Positions 1 to 11,007 are shown, counted from the stretch's first letter. The stretch: DNA of 64,000 bases from Candidatus Delongbacteria bacterium (GCA_963663545.1 OY760505.1:2848001-2912000), one strand, 5' to 3'. Notes: generated by a model not told the origin, from the letters alone. Program-made: numbers and translations.

Positions 1-3000
1 CAGCATTCTGCCCGTCGCAGCACCGCCGGGAGCTTCCAGCCGATAGAAATAGAGGCCGGACGCTCGAGTGGAGCCATCCCACGCAAGCTGGTGTTCGCCT
101 GCGGCAAACGTTCCGGGACGTATCACATCTACTAATTGACCGCCCAGGTTCCAGACCCGCAACTGCACTTCGCCTGCCATCGGCTGTAGCCAGCGAATGT
201 GTGTCACGGGATTGAACGGGTTGGGTGATACACTCTGTAGAGTAAAACTCAACGGCAGTAGATTCTTGTTGACCGCCGTTGTCCACTCGAAGCTCAGGCT
301 GTACTCTTGGCTGTGCCCAGTTTCCGTGAAACCGGCCAATACCCAGTACTCTTCACCCTCCTCGAGATCGTAGCTCAGCGTTTCCGACTCATGGCCGTAC
401 CCGTTTTCATCCATTACTGCCAGGAGTTGTGATGCAGGATCATCACAACTCGAGAAGAGAGCCAGAATCTCATTGCCAATGCCTTCAGCGTGCATTTGGA
501 TTGCAAGGCTTTCGCTGCGGCCAGCGATAAAATGAAACCATTCCTGAGTACCGGCTGAAGTCAGTGCTGTATCAATCAGATGGATATTGAAGCAATTGGA
601 TGTCGGTGATACACGATCCAGCAGCAGCTCTTCCTGCATTAGACCAAGATCGACTGCTGTATCACAAGGGGCAGGCATATCACGCCACTCCACATGTATC
701 ACATACTGCGCCAGGCCATCGTCTGCACTATGCCCCTCAACGCAGAGATAGAATGGACCGGGAAGACCTTCAATCTGCAGGACTTCACAGCCGCCCACTT
801 TGTTGGAATCTGCTGTAAACTCCCACAGCCCGCTTTGCAGCGACCTTACGCACAGGCGGGCGTCCAATTCAGGAGCGGTTAGCGTGGCCCTAAGTGCCAT
901 GCTGCTTCCCGTGCCCAGCAGAAAGCAATCACACTCATCATCCAGCAAGTTGCCGCAGAGCAAACTATCGCCATTCCATTCCGACCAGGTGGGCGGATCG
1001 CTCTGCCAACCTTGATTCGGCTCGGTCTCCTGATGGCCTGTGCAGTCCTCAACCGGGAATTGGCCGGGCGTGTAACACAGTGACATCTCATCGTGGAGGG
1101 AGCTGTAATTGCTGTTGCCGTAGCAATAGAGAATGCCGTGCCTGCCGTCCGGAGACTCGATTCCTGCCACCGCATTGCAAGTACTCTTGACGTACTGGTA
1201 TTGGGTGATGATGCTGCCATCCGGGTACAGGATGAGTTCAAAGCTCTGCGGGATGGGAGCGCCGGAATAGCTTAGCAGCTCGTGATACTCGACGATGTAT
1301 CTGTTATTGGGCCTATCCAACCAGGCGTACACTTCGCCTCCACGGGATGGATCCAGATTGTCCCAGTACGCCGCAATCACGCCATTTGGAGCCATGGAAT
1401 CCGGTACTCGTTGGCCATAGTATGTGCCGTAAAATGCATCGGGATCGTTGAAGAACAGATAGCCAAAGCGGTGAATGTAGATCTGATCGAAGCTTTCACC
1501 GTAGTAGGGGAACTGGAAACCTAACTCCAAGGGACCTGCATACCTGTTGTCATCCAAAGGAATTTCTACCCCGCACTCGCTTATCTCAATCCAGTTGTAA
1601 TCAGGTCCATTCTCATTGTCACTCGTGATACAGCGATAGCCATAGGCATCCGGACCTGTGTTGTTGACGCACTGACCTGCCTTAAGCGGACTTGATGCCC
1701 CCTCACCGCTGGCATAGACAGCGGAAAAGGAGTAGTGATATTCAACGAAGGGGAACACTGACACATCATCGTATGAAGGAACAGGGAGGCAATCCTCGAG
1801 AAGAAGGCCATTGCGACGCAAGCGATAGCCAAGTTGGTTGCGACTCTCCCAGGCGGGATTACTCGCGCTCACGTGAATGCGTCCCTGGAGATTGCGACTG
1901 GCACTTGGCTGTAGAGTGTCATTCACTGCCGAGATGATGAAGTCTCGGTACTGTGTGCAGCCGCTATTGTGCGTCTCGGTGTTGTCTGTAGCGCAGAACT
2001 TATAGACAATGCATCCATACCTGTCGTGCAAAGGCAGAACGGTTCCCCATTGGTCGTCACCAAGCGGGAGTAGCGGGTACTCATTCCACCTTTGGTTTCC
2101 GCCGCTTATAAACAACCTGGCCTCGTCAACCTCATGGTCCAAATCCACAATGGACAGGCGAATCTCCAGCAGTGAGTCTTCGGCGCATTGATCTGGAATA
2201 ATCAGATCTTCAATCACGGGCGGGAAGCAATCCAGATTGGGATCCGGCTGCGAGCGAATAGCGACGCCCTCGCCGATTCTTGCGCCTTCTTCCAGAAATC
2301 GAATGGACAAGCCGGCACTTCCGTCTTCGTTTTCCTGACCAACAAGAAACAACGAGCTCTCCGCCGTATCACGGAAGTACCAGGTAATGGTCCCATCGAC
2401 AACTAGCTCCAACTGGCAGAGAGGGTGATCGTTTGTATCACGAAACTCGACACGCATTCTGTCCTCGTGAAGAGCATATCCGGCTCGTGCTTGCTGTGAT
2501 ACTCCAATCATGGCAGAGATGAAGGCATTGGGGAAGTAGGTGTCTGGAATCGGCAAGAACAGGTGACTGTAGTTACTAAACGCAAACTCGACTGCACCGC
2601 TGCTGGATACCCGGAAGTGGTTGTAGGGAATTCCATAGAACGGGAAGTCGAACCCAAGTTCGAGAGTGGCTGAAAAACCACCGCTCAGACTGAGGTCGGT
2701 CCAACCGTCCGGCCACCAATCCCACTCCGGTCCTTCATCATCGTCGGAGTGAATCCAGGTGTAACCTTCGGCGTCCGGTCCGCCTCTTGTCGGCCGCGCT
2801 GCAGTTTGTGCTGTGACTACTTCCGAGAACGCGCTGGAATCAGTACTGTAGCACGCGCGGACCTTGTACGATGCGGAATCCAGTAGGGGAGATGTGTCAC
2901 ACCAGGAACAGTTGTCCGATGTCCCCACCAGCTCCTCATTACGCAGTATCTCATAGTGAGAAAACTCGCGACTGCCAGGATCGGGGATCGAGTGAATTTC

Positions 3001-4503
3001 GATGTTGTCCAGGAAGACCGGGAATACTGGATGGTCGCCGGCGCGGACCTTGAAAGCTAGGCGGATCTCCTGTCCCAGCCATTCATGAAGAAGGTGGGCA
3101 ATGGAGTAGTGCTGCATATCCGTTTCGCTGTCGGTGCAATAGAAAGTGAATTGCACGCTGCCATCAAAAAGCTCAGCGTCTCCCGTGACGACACCTATCT
3201 CTAGCCGATGAGTGATGAAGTAATAGTAGCCGACCATGCCGAAATCGAATTCAACCGAGCTCTGATCAGTCATCTGAAAGGCTGGTGTTATAAGCCAGTC
3301 GCCTTCGCCCTCTTCATCCTCATAGGCTTGCAGTGCCATATTCGAGAGCGCACCGCTTTCGTAGGACATGTGATACGCAGGCACAAGACGCCAGCTCGTT
3401 CCACTGTGGACTCCATTCATGAAGAGCCAACCTTCCGGGATTCCGCCTTCGAAGCTGGCGAAGAAATCCCCCGCCCAGTGGTTGGTGGCGCCCTCTTGCC
3501 AGCAAAGCGGAAGACGACCATTCAGCTCCTCATAAACCTGGAGTTCCAGCGGAGCTTCGACTTCCTGAACCAAGAAATTCTGCCAAGGGCTGCTTGTCTG
3601 ATTCTGATGTTCGCTTGCATCACGCGCTGTGACACAGTATTGAATCCAACCAGGATTCTCGTGCTGCGGGATGACAGCCGTCCAGTTTCCGCCTTCGCCC
3701 GGTGTCATTGCCAGGCTATCCGCGTTTTCCAGATTGTCCATCCATATCAACCAAACGCCATCCAACGGGGCATCGTCTTGGACAAGGGCTTGAATCAGAT
3801 AGTCGTCGTTGTAGCCGACTTCCACATCCGGAAAGGCCGCGACGCTGATTTCCGGCGGATTGTAATCCCCCAATCCAGTCGCAACGAGGTAGGTGGTTGA
3901 GTCTGGAAGCGCGCCGCCTGCATCGATCATGGGGAAGATGAAGCCTTCATCGGTGTTCGCGCCGGTCCACCCGGAGCATACCTCAGAGCCAATAGCGTAC
4001 TGGTGCGTGATAGTGAAGTGGCCGTCAGGGTAGAGAGCTATCTGCCAGCTTGCTTCGCTTAGCTCCCGGTAGTAGTGTTGCATGCCGGAGAACTGGACAA
4101 CCCAGCGATCCTCAAAGCTCCGATAACTGATGGATCCATAATAGGGGCGCCCGAGGAATGCGCCTGAGATATCGGTTTGAATGTCAGGGGCAGGACACGC
4201 TGGTGCTGGCCAGTCGAATTCGTAATCCACAAAGGAAATCAGACCGGTGGGGCTGATCCAAAGGGAGGAGTAGCTTGCATTATAGTAGGGGAAGGCAAAG
4301 GGCAGCTCGAAGGGGCCGCACATGTACGCGAAGTTGTAGTTCACGTTGATGTTGATGTCATTCTCCCACCTGTACTCAGGGCCGTCTGGGTGACGGCTCG
4401 ATATCCAGCCATAGCCACCCGCGTCCGGTCCTTGTGCCGTGATTTCTTGCGACCAGGCCGAGCTGACCAGAAGTGCGATGAGAAGAATGCTTGCGCGGGG
4501 CAT
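1..4503 (-). CDS. Large (>1500 aa) secreted modular surface protein with C-terminal Por/T9SS-type sorting domain; 3' end runs off the window
   Basis: ATG at 4503 with GGGGGTG SD. Signal peptide MPRASILLIALLVSSAWSQ. Three 'GPDxxGYxW/C...GPxY/WxW' modules (~4430, ~2780, ~1650) and FN3-like segments. C-terminus 'SPNPFNPVTHIRW...SGLYFYRLEAPGGAATGRML' is in the same frame at position 1. Spot-checked segments have no stops; its absence from the ORF track fits an ORF with no stop inside the window. Confidence 0.85.
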   Translation of the reverse strand, partial: MPRASILLIALLVSSAWSQEITAQGPDAGGYGWISSRHPDGPEYRWENDININVNYNFAYMCGPFELPFAFPYYNASYSSLWISPTGLISFVDYEFDWPAPACPAPDIQTDISGAFLGRPYYGSISYRSFEDRWVVQFSGMQHYYRELSEASWQIALYPDGHFTITHQYAIGSEVCSGWTGANTDEGFIFPMIDAGGALPDSTTYLVATGLGDYNPPEISVAAFPDVEVGYNDDYLIQALVQDDAPLDGVWLIWMDNLENADSLAMTPGEGGNWTAVIPQHENPGWIQYCVTARDASEHQNQTSSPWQNFLVQEVEAPLELQVYEELNGRLPLCWQEGATNHWAGDFFASFEGGIPEGWLFMNGVHSGTSWRLVPAYHMSYESGALSNMALQAYEDEEGEGDWLITPAFQMTDQSSVEFDFGMVGYYYFITHRLEIGVVTGDAELFDGSVQFTFYCTDSETDMQHYSIAHLLHEWLGQEIRLAFKVRAGDHPVFPVFLDNIEIHSIPDPGSREFSHYEILRNEELVGTSDNCSWCDTSPLLDSASYKVRACYSTDSSAFSEVVTAQTAARPTRGGPDAEGYTWIHSDDDEGPEWDWWPDGWTDLSLSGGFSATLELGFDFPFYGIPYNHFRVSSSGAVEFAFSNYSHLFLPIPDTYFPNAFISAMIGVSQQARAGYALHEDRMRVEFRDTNDHPLCQLELVVDGTITWYFRDTAESSLFLVGQENEDGSAGLSIRFLEEGARIGEGVAIRSQPDPNLDCFPPVIEDLIIPDQCAEDSLLEIRLSIVDLDHEVDEARLFISGGNQRWNEYPLLPLGDDQWGTVLPLHDRYGCIVYKFCATDNTETHNSGCTQYRDFIISAVNDTLQPSASRNLQGRIHVSASNPAWESRNQLGYRLRRNGLLLEDCLPVPSYDDVSVFPFVEYHYSFSAVYASGEGASSPLKAGQCVNNTGPDAYGYRCITSDNENGPDYNWIEISECGVEIPLDDNRYAGPLELGFQFPYYGESFDQIYIHRFGYLFFNDPDAFYGTYYGQRVPDSMAPNGVIAAYWDNLDPSRGGEVYAWLDRPNNRYIVEYHELLSYSGAPIPQSFELILYPDGSIITQYQYVKSTCNAVAGIESPDGRHGILYCYGNSNYSSLHDEMSLCYTPGQFPVEDCTGHQETEPNQGWQSDPPTWSEWNGDSLLCGNLLDDECDCFLLGTGSSMALRATLTAPELDARLCVRSLQSGLWEFTADSNKVGGCEVLQIEGLPGPFYLCVEGHSADDGLAQYVIHVEWRDMPAPCDTAVDLGLMQEELLLDRVSPTSNCFNIHLIDTALTSAGTQEWFHFIAGRSESLAIQMHAEGIGNEILALFSSCDDPASQLLAVMDENGYGHESETLSYDLEEGEEYWVLAGFTETGHSQEYSLSFEWTTAVNKNLLPLSFTLQSVSPNPFNPVTHIRWLQPMAGEVQLRVWNLGGQLVDVIRPGTFAAGEHQLAWDGSTRASGLYFYRLEAPGGAATGRML

Positions 4504-4561
4504 GAAGTCACCCCCATTGCCATAATAGTGCGTTGTGTTTCGAACGAAGGCACATCCACGG

Positions 4562-4577
4562 AGCAAGATTTGTACCA
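4562..4577 (-). promoter_or_regulatory. Putative sigma-54 (-24/-12) promoter
   Basis: TGGTAC-AAATC-TTGCT on the minus strand ~60 nt upstream of ATG 4503. Confidence 0.6.
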
Positions 4578-4769
4578 GGATGGATATCGCCAAGTGGCGA
4601 AATCATCTTGCATGTGGATCGGCTTGTAAACGGCCAGTAAAGCTGGTTGCGGGACGACCGGTATGTTTGGCGCGTACTGAATGCCTGCCTGCGGACCGGC
4701 AGTTTGTACCGCACAAAGACAGGGCCTTCCCGGCGAAAACCCCGCTGAGGCTGCTACGGCAACTGTGGA

Positions 4770-7700
4770 TTAGCCAGCTTCATTGTCGTCGCCATCCAGC
4801 ACTTCACGGAGCTTGGCAGCCAGCTCGTCGCGCGTGAAGGGCTTGGCCAGGAAGTTGATGTCGCGCTCCAGAATGCCGCGATGCGCGATCACGTCGCCCG
4901 TGTAGCCGGAGATGTAGAGACAGCGCAGTTCGGGACGTAGCTGCAGCAACTCGTCCAAAAGCTCACGACCGCTCATGCCGGGCATGACCACGTCCGTCAT
5001 CAGCAGATCAATCTTGCCGGAGAAGCCGCGCACCTGTCTGATGGCGTCTTGCGGATTGCTGGCGCTCAGCACCTTATAACCCAGCTTGATCAACAGGCGC
5101 CGCGCGAAAGAAAGCAAGGCGGCTTCGTCCTCGACTAGTAGGATGGTTTCGCTTCCATGTAACACGGTTGGCACAGTTTGCATGCGTCTGGCTCTTACTG
5201 TGTCACCGGTATGCTCAGGCAGGTAGACTTTGAATGTGGAACCGGTACCTGGCTCGCTATACACGGTGATGAAACCACCGTTCTGTTGCACAATGCCATA
5301 AACGGTCGAGAGCCCCAATCCTGTGCCTTTGCCTTTGGGCTTGGTAGTGAAGAAGGGCTCGAAGATCTCTTTCTGCATTTGCGCGTCCATGCCCAGGCCT
5401 GTATCACTGACTGCTACTACTAGAAAGCGCCCCGTCTTGCTGTTTGGATTACGTGATACGAACTCTTCGTCCAACTGAGCAAACGACGTCTCAATTGTGA
5501 TACAACCGGTATGAGGAATTGCATCACGCGCATTGACTACCAGATTGGCTAGAATCTGGTTGACTTGTGTCGGATCCATCAATATTGGCGGCAGGTTTTC
5601 GCGCGGCTTCCAAACCAGCTCAACATCCTCACCAATCAGGCGGCGCAGCATTTTCAGCAATCCGCTGATCATCTCGTTCAATTGCAGTGTGCGCGGAGAA
5701 ATGGTTTGTTTGCGCGAGAAGGCCAGCAACTGTTGTGTCAGGCCTGCTGCGCGTGTTGCACCGCTGAAGATTTCAGTAGCGAACTCATACTCTTCACTCG
5801 CTGGCTCAAGGTTGTCCAGCAGCAACTGACTGTAGCCTAACAGCGCTTGCAGAATGTTGTTGAAGTCGTGTGCCACACCGCCAGCCAGACGACCGACCGA
5901 TTCCATCTTCTGCGCTTGCGAGAGCTGGGTGGACAGCCGCTCGCGCTCGGCCTCACTCCGCTTGCGTTCCGTCAGATCACGTGTCACGCCTTGATACATC
6001 AGAGGTTTCCCTGCCTCGTCACACATCACCATGCCGTGAATTTCCACCGGTATCACAGAGCCGTCTTTGCGCAGCATCTCGGTTTCGAAAATCACACCCT
6101 TCTTCGATTCGCCACTTTGGATCATCCGCTTGATAAGGGCCAGGATCTCGTTCATGTGATCGGGAGAGCAGTGATCAGCCAAATTGCTGGAGCGCCACTC
6201 TTCGGGTGTGTAGCCGGTTAGAGCTTCAATGGCAGGGTTGACATAGATGAAGGTGTAGTTCGGATCCATCGTCCAGATCACATCCAGACTCGTTTCCGTT
6301 AGGAGCCGATATTGCTCTTCGCTTTCCCGCAGGGCTTGTTCGGCGAGCTTCTGCTCTTGAATGTCTGTGGTGAAGCCTTCGATTATGAAACTGCCATCCG
6401 TGTTGCGCTCGGCGATTCTTGCATTCATGCTTAGCCAGACGATACTGCCATCCCGGCGGATGGCTTCGTACTCAAAGCCATCAATGAAGCCCTGCTCCTG
6501 CAGGATTCGGGTGAATTCCATCCGCCTCTCGGGACGTAGGTAAAGGTGCCTGCCAAGGTTGCGAACGGTGTTCAGCGTCTCCTCGACGCTGTTGTATCCA
6601 AGGATGCGAGCCATTTCTGGATTGATGCTGAGTGCGTGACCCTCCGATGTAGTACGGAACACACCCACCGGCGCTTCCTCGAAGAGATGGCGGTACTCCT
6701 GCTCTCGCACCTGCAGGTCGTGTTTGGCTTGCCGACTCGCAGTCTGATCGTGAAAGACCAGCACGACTCCGCTGAGTTCGTTCTGTGTATCACGAATTGG
6801 AGCTGCGCTTTCTGAGATTGGGCATTCAGTGCCTGAGCGTGATACAAGAATGGCCTGATCCTCGTTGTAGTACGCCGTACCGCTTTCCATGATGCGACAG
6901 GCAGGTGTTGGTAGAGGAGTGTGCGACACTTCTTCAACAGGAGTGTAGATGTCATCCAGTCTATGATCGCGGGCTTCGTGCAATGTCCAGCCGGTAAGGC
7001 GTTCTGCCTCCTTGTTCATGAAGTCGACGCGGCATTCGCGGTTGGTGGTGATCACCGCCTCGCCCAGGCTTTCCAGTGTTGTGGAATAGCGCAGCTCGCC
7101 CAGTTGCTGCGCTTCTTCAGCCAGGAGCAGACGCTGCAGGTGATCGCGTTGATTACGGTGCCAAATGACACTGATGCCGGCCAGTCCCGCAAACAAGGAG
7201 AGCGAGAGCAGCAGCGTAATTAGCACTGTATCACGCCGACTTGCAGAAAGGGCTTCGGCGCGATCCACTTTAGCGACCAGAAACCACGGCGTATTTGGCA
7301 CGGGCTGTACGTAGGCCAGCACACGCTCACCGCGATAATCTCGGCCTTCTACGCGCCCACGCTCGCCGCGAGCTGCCATCGAGGCAGGCAGGTCTGCAGC
7401 TGCGACCGGAAGGCGAAGCTTCAACGCAGCATCCTCGCGGAAGCGCAGACGGCTAAGGAAGAGAACACTGTCGCTCTCTTGACGCACTAGCAGGCCTTCG
7501 CCACTGCGGTTGGCGATGGGCCAGCCTTGCACTAGCGGGTAGAGGTGGTCGTCGGCTTCCATCAGGAACAGCAGGACGCCACCAACAACTGTGTGCTTGC
7601 GTGGAAGACCGATCATCACACTCGCGTGAATGGCGTGATGCAGTGTGTCACGGGTCAGACGACGTAACACGGGAGTCGTGCTGTCCGCGGCAGCAAGCAA

Positions 7701-8108
7701 TTCATGTTGGGAGAGGTCGCTGAGTGCCTGGTCCGCATTGAAGGCTGAGTAACGGATCGAAGCTGTTTCATCCAGTAGCAGAATCTCGCAGTAGCCATAG
7801 AGATGACAGAATTCCTGCATGCGATTGGTCACCAGCGCCAGATCGCCGGAACTCGCTTCGCCGCGAAGAATTCTTCCGCAAGCCTGCATCAGGATGCCAC
7901 TGGAGCGCATGACGCAGATATCGGAAGCTCGTTCGCGATACCAATTGGTGATTTGCTGCACTTTGCCGTCGGAGATGGCTTCCAGATCGCGAAAGGCCAC
8001 TTCACACAAGTGCCGCTGATAGCTCTGCCGCGTGAAGAAAGCGGCGCAGCAGAGACCGGCCAACATGATCAGCAACAGAACACGGATGGAGGCACTAATA
8101 CGGTTCAT
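4770..8108 (-). CDS. Hybrid sensor histidine kinase (TM-periplasmic Cache-like, 3 PAS, HisKA, HATPase, REC)
   Basis: H-box AGGVAHDFNNIL, NARDA N-box, EPFFTTK..GTGLGLS, C-terminal receiver 'ILLVEDE...DLLMTDVVMP'. Start could be 8117. Confidence 0.93.
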   Translation of the reverse strand: MNRISASIRVLLLIMLAGLCCAAFFTRQSYQRHLCEVAFRDLEAISDGKVQQITNWYRERASDICVMRSSGILMQACGRILRGEASSGDLALVTNRMQEFCHLYGYCEILLLDETASIRYSAFNADQALSDLSQHELLAAADSTTPVLRRLTRDTLHHAIHASVMIGLPRKHTVVGGVLLFLMEADDHLYPLVQGWPIANRSGEGLLVRQESDSVLFLSRLRFREDAALKLRLPVAAADLPASMAARGERGRVEGRDYRGERVLAYVQPVPNTPWFLVAKVDRAEALSASRRDTVLITLLLSLSLFAGLAGISVIWHRNQRDHLQRLLLAEEAQQLGELRYSTTLESLGEAVITTNRECRVDFMNKEAERLTGWTLHEARDHRLDDIYTPVEEVSHTPLPTPACRIMESGTAYYNEDQAILVSRSGTECPISESAAPIRDTQNELSGVVLVFHDQTASRQAKHDLQVREQEYRHLFEEAPVGVFRTTSEGHALSINPEMARILGYNSVEETLNTVRNLGRHLYLRPERRMEFTRILQEQGFIDGFEYEAIRRDGSIVWLSMNARIAERNTDGSFIIEGFTTDIQEQKLAEQALRESEEQYRLLTETSLDVIWTMDPNYTFIYVNPAIEALTGYTPEEWRSSNLADHCSPDHMNEILALIKRMIQSGESKKGVIFETEMLRKDGSVIPVEIHGMVMCDEAGKPLMYQGVTRDLTERKRSEAERERLSTQLSQAQKMESVGRLAGGVAHDFNNILQALLGYSQLLLDNLEPASEEYEFATEIFSGATRAAGLTQQLLAFSRKQTISPRTLQLNEMISGLLKMLRRLIGEDVELVWKPRENLPPILMDPTQVNQILANLVVNARDAIPHTGCITIETSFAQLDEEFVSRNPNSKTGRFLVVAVSDTGLGMDAQMQKEIFEPFFTTKPKGKGTGLGLSTVYGIVQQNGGFITVYSEPGTGSTFKVYLPEHTGDTVRARRMQTVPTVLHGSETILLVEDEAALLSFARRLLIKLGYKVLSASNPQDAIRQVRGFSGKIDLLMTDVVMPGMSGRELLDELLQLRPELRCLYISGYTGDVIAHRGILERDINFLAKPFTRDELAAKLREVLDGDDNEAG

Positions 8109-8352
8109 GTTCAGCAAGAATTAGTTTTGAAAGCGGCAATGGCATTGAAGCAGTCGTGCAAGGGGGGAGGGCGCCGCAACGACAGTACATTCTAGCGCAT
8201 TCGGCACTCGCAGGCGAGAGGAAAATGTATGCATGGTCATTTCGTCCACTTTCCCGAACAAATGATCGCCAAGGGATCGCATCAAGTGACGGATACTAAA
8301 CAGAATACAAGAAGTGTATTGGCTAAGTTGTGGATTAACAATCTGTCCTTTC

Positions 8353-8368
8353 TGGCACCGGCTTTGCA
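8353..8368 (+). promoter_or_regulatory. Putative sigma-54 (-24/-12) promoter
   Basis: TGGCAC-CGGCT-TTGCA, a perfect consensus, 45 nt upstream of ATG 8413. Confidence 0.7.
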
Positions 8369-8412
8369 CCACAGACGAGTAGAACAATGTGTGCTCTAAA
8401 CCTGGAGGCCCG

Positions 8413-9435
8413 ATGAAACTCCTGATTCTCCTTTGTTACGGCTTCTGCGCAATATCTGCTCAGGCACAGCTCCTGGTCGGCGAGACAGACCTGCTGAATG
8501 AGATCGGCTATTACAGCTACAGCTACATGAATAGCGGTAGCGAGTGGACAACAGGCGGCGTGCAAGGAAGCACGGGCGGTCCTCAGGTCTGGGATTTCGG
8601 CACCGGTCCCGCAGATCGGGTTGCCGTGATCGAGATCGTAAACAAGGACGCCTCTGGTGTGGGGGCCTCTTTTCCCGATGCCGACTTTGCCGAGTTGCAG
8701 CATTTCACCGACGGCGATGACCAGACATGGTGGTTCTACGAGCGTGATACAAGTGGTCAACACTTGTGGGGGCTTTACAACGACGAGCTCTTTCCTGAGC
8801 ATCCGACGAACGTCTTTTCATCGCGTATCACAGATTACCCTACGACTATCGCCTACGGTGATACATGGTCCGGCGTGACCTATTTCAACACCGTTGTCGA
8901 AGGGCAGAGCGGGCGTATTCGCTACCAGGCGGACTACAGCGCCGATGCCTGGGGCACGCTGATCATTCCGCAGGGAGAAGCGCCCTGTCTGCGCGTGAAT
9001 CGTCTGGTAACGCTGAGTTTTCAGGTCAACCTGCCCTTCTTCGGCTGGACGACGCTGCATACTGAGTACGTGCGTACCTACATGTGGCTAGCAGAACATC
9101 GAGGCATGGCTGCTTCGCTAGTGTCAACGCGGTCCACAACCGTCCCCGGCAACGATTTTGCTACCGCCATTTCCTTTACACGCATGTACGAGACCAATAT
9201 TCCCGGCGCGAATCCCGTTGTCTGTGATCCTGTGGCAGCGTTACGTATCACATGTGTTGATGGCGATCTTGAGCTGGCGTGGGACGCCGTTAATGGAGCG
9301 ACGGCGTACATCGTTTCGATTTGTGATACACCCTATGGCGACTTCGTTGATCTGGACTCCACCACGAATGTCACATACCCGCTTGTGACACAGAATCTGC
9401 ATGCCTTCTATCGCGTACGTACACTGTGCCGCTAA
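8413..9435 (+). CDS. Secreted hypothetical protein with short C-terminal beta-domain ending ...FYRV
   Basis: GGAGG SD, signal peptide MKLLILLCYGFCAISAQA, 340-aa ORF. Confidence 0.8.
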   Translation: MKLLILLCYGFCAISAQAQLLVGETDLLNEIGYYSYSYMNSGSEWTTGGVQGSTGGPQVWDFGTGPADRVAVIEIVNKDASGVGASFPDADFAELQHFTDGDDQTWWFYERDTSGQHLWGLYNDELFPEHPTNVFSSRITDYPTTIAYGDTWSGVTYFNTVVEGQSGRIRYQADYSADAWGTLIIPQGEAPCLRVNRLVTLSFQVNLPFFGWTTLHTEYVRTYMWLAEHRGMAASLVSTRSTTVPGNDFATAISFTRMYETNIPGANPVVCDPVAALRITCVDGDLELAWDAVNGATAYIVSICDTPYGDFVDLDSTTNVTYPLVTQNLHAFYRVRTLCR

Positions 9436-9486
9436 GTGTTGACTGATCTCATGAGCGTAGCTCAGTTTTGTGATACACAGAGACAG

Positions 9487-9514
9487 AAAAGGGACGGCCA
9501 GGCCGTCCCTTTTT
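9487..9514. terminator. Bidirectional intrinsic terminator
   Basis: AAAA-GGGACGGCC-A-GGCCGTCCC-TTTTT between convergent genes. Confidence 0.8.
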
Positions 9515-9534
9515 ATCACATGGCTTGTCTGAGC

Positions 9535-11007
9535 CTAGAAAGTATGACTGTACATCAGCTGGAAGTTGGTCTGGCTGTGGGTGCTGGTAACTCCGCTGCC
9601 AGCGTCCGCTTCCACTTCGGGAGCCAGTGTCAGACTGAAGTCTACGGCATCGCTGTTTGTGACACGATAACCTGCTCCGAGAGTGATGTGAGTCTCCACG
9701 ATGGCGGGGAATAGGGCGTTCAGATAGGTATCAGGAACGGGGTTCGCCGAGAAATTGCCGCCAGCGCGTAGCACCAGCTTGTCGTTCATCCAGTAGGAGG
9801 CGCCCAGCGCGATCACCATCTGGTCGTCCCATTCCTGCGTCAGTTCCATGTCCATGGAAGCGCCAGCAAAGCCTGCGGCCATTGGATTCGCCTGTGTGCC
9901 GTCTGCGGTGAAGGTCATCTTGAAGCTCTCCATCACCTGCGACCACATGATCTGGCGTACGTCGGCGGCCAGGGTGAGCTGCTCGTTCACCTGATAGGAA
10001 GCGCCCACACCAATCTGCATCGGCCACTGGAAATCCTTGACCTTGATCTCGCCAGTGACGGGCACCTCCACTGCGGAGTATGTGCCAGCGGGGCTGCCTG
10101 TGCCGCCCATCGGATCCCAGGTACCGCCAAGAATGCCATCGTCGTAGTTGGCGGACATGGTCACCGTGGCGTCGTCGGCCTCCAGATCGTTCAAAAAGGT
10201 GGGCGTATGCAGGCTGGCACCCAGCGTCCACTGATCATTCAGCTTGTAAACGCCACCCAGCTTGCAGGCGAAGCCCATACCCATTGCGTCGCCGGTGAAG
10301 TCATTGTCGTCGGCAAAGTCGAAGCGCGCCCAGTTGATGGGACCCATCGGGTTCAGCATCTGGTAGGTGACTGCGTTCATCAGGCCGTCCACCATACTGC
10401 CTGCTGCCGTACCGAAGGTTTGAGTGCCTCCCATGGCGGCTACGAAATCGCCGAACTGCGCGCCACTCATCGCCATCTGTAGGTCCATGGATGCCCAGAC
10501 CAGGTCGGCCGAACCGCCCAGAATCAGGCGATCGTTCAGCTCGTAGGACACGGGAATGCCGAAGCGACCGACGCCCACCTGCGACATGACCTTCTCGCCG
10601 GTACCCGCTGCCATGAAGGAGTTCGAAGCGTACTCCGTGCCCATGCCGCCCTGCGCGAACATGCAGGCGCCCCAGGTCAGGCGACCGCGGGGAACGATCA
10701 GGCCGAAGCCGGGCATCAGAAACATGTCGGCGTCGGAGTCGGCGTCCGGCATTGAAGTCATTTGTGCGCTCACACTCGGTCCCAGCACGCCGACGGCCAG
10801 ATTGAGCTGCATGCCATTGCGGGGGAGCAGACCAATGGTGGCCGGGTTGTTAGCGAAGGCGGCGGCACCGTTTTCCAGCGCCTGGGCGGCTCCACCCTGT
10901 GCGGCGGCAATTGGCCCGTAACCTTCCATGTTCATTCCGTTGGTGGCAAAAGCGGCGCCTGTCAGGACCAGGGAAAGGGTGCTCAGGGCCAGGGTTTTGC
11001 GGATCAT
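9535..11007 (-). CDS. FadL/TodX/OmpP1-family outer-membrane transporter for hydrophobic compounds
   Basis: Signal peptide then TNGMNMEGYGP...GGA...NNPA hatch motif; C-terminal Phe (YSHTF); GGAGG SD. Confidence 0.88.
   Translation of the reverse strand: MIRKTLALSTLSLVLTGAAFATNGMNMEGYGPIAAAQGGAAQALENGAAAFANNPATIGLLPRNGMQLNLAVGVLGPSVSAQMTSMPDADSDADMFLMPGFGLIVPRGRLTWGACMFAQGGMGTEYASNSFMAAGTGEKVMSQVGVGRFGIPVSYELNDRLILGGSADLVWASMDLQMAMSGAQFGDFVAAMGGTQTFGTAAGSMVDGLMNAVTYQMLNPMGPINWARFDFADDNDFTGDAMGMGFACKLGGVYKLNDQWTLGASLHTPTFLNDLEADDATVTMSANYDDGILGGTWDPMGGTGSPAGTYSAVEVPVTGEIKVKDFQWPMQIGVGASYQVNEQLTLAADVRQIMWSQVMESFKMTFTADGTQANPMAAGFAGASMDMELTQEWDDQMVIALGASYWMNDKLVLRAGGNFSANPVPDTYLNALFPAIVETHITLGAGYRVTNSDAVDFSLTLAPEVEADAGSGVTSTHSQTNFQLMYSHTF

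Noticed and set aside
600..4629. Many short ORFs in the first 4.6 kb
   Set aside because: They overlap the single long minus-strand gene 4503-<1.
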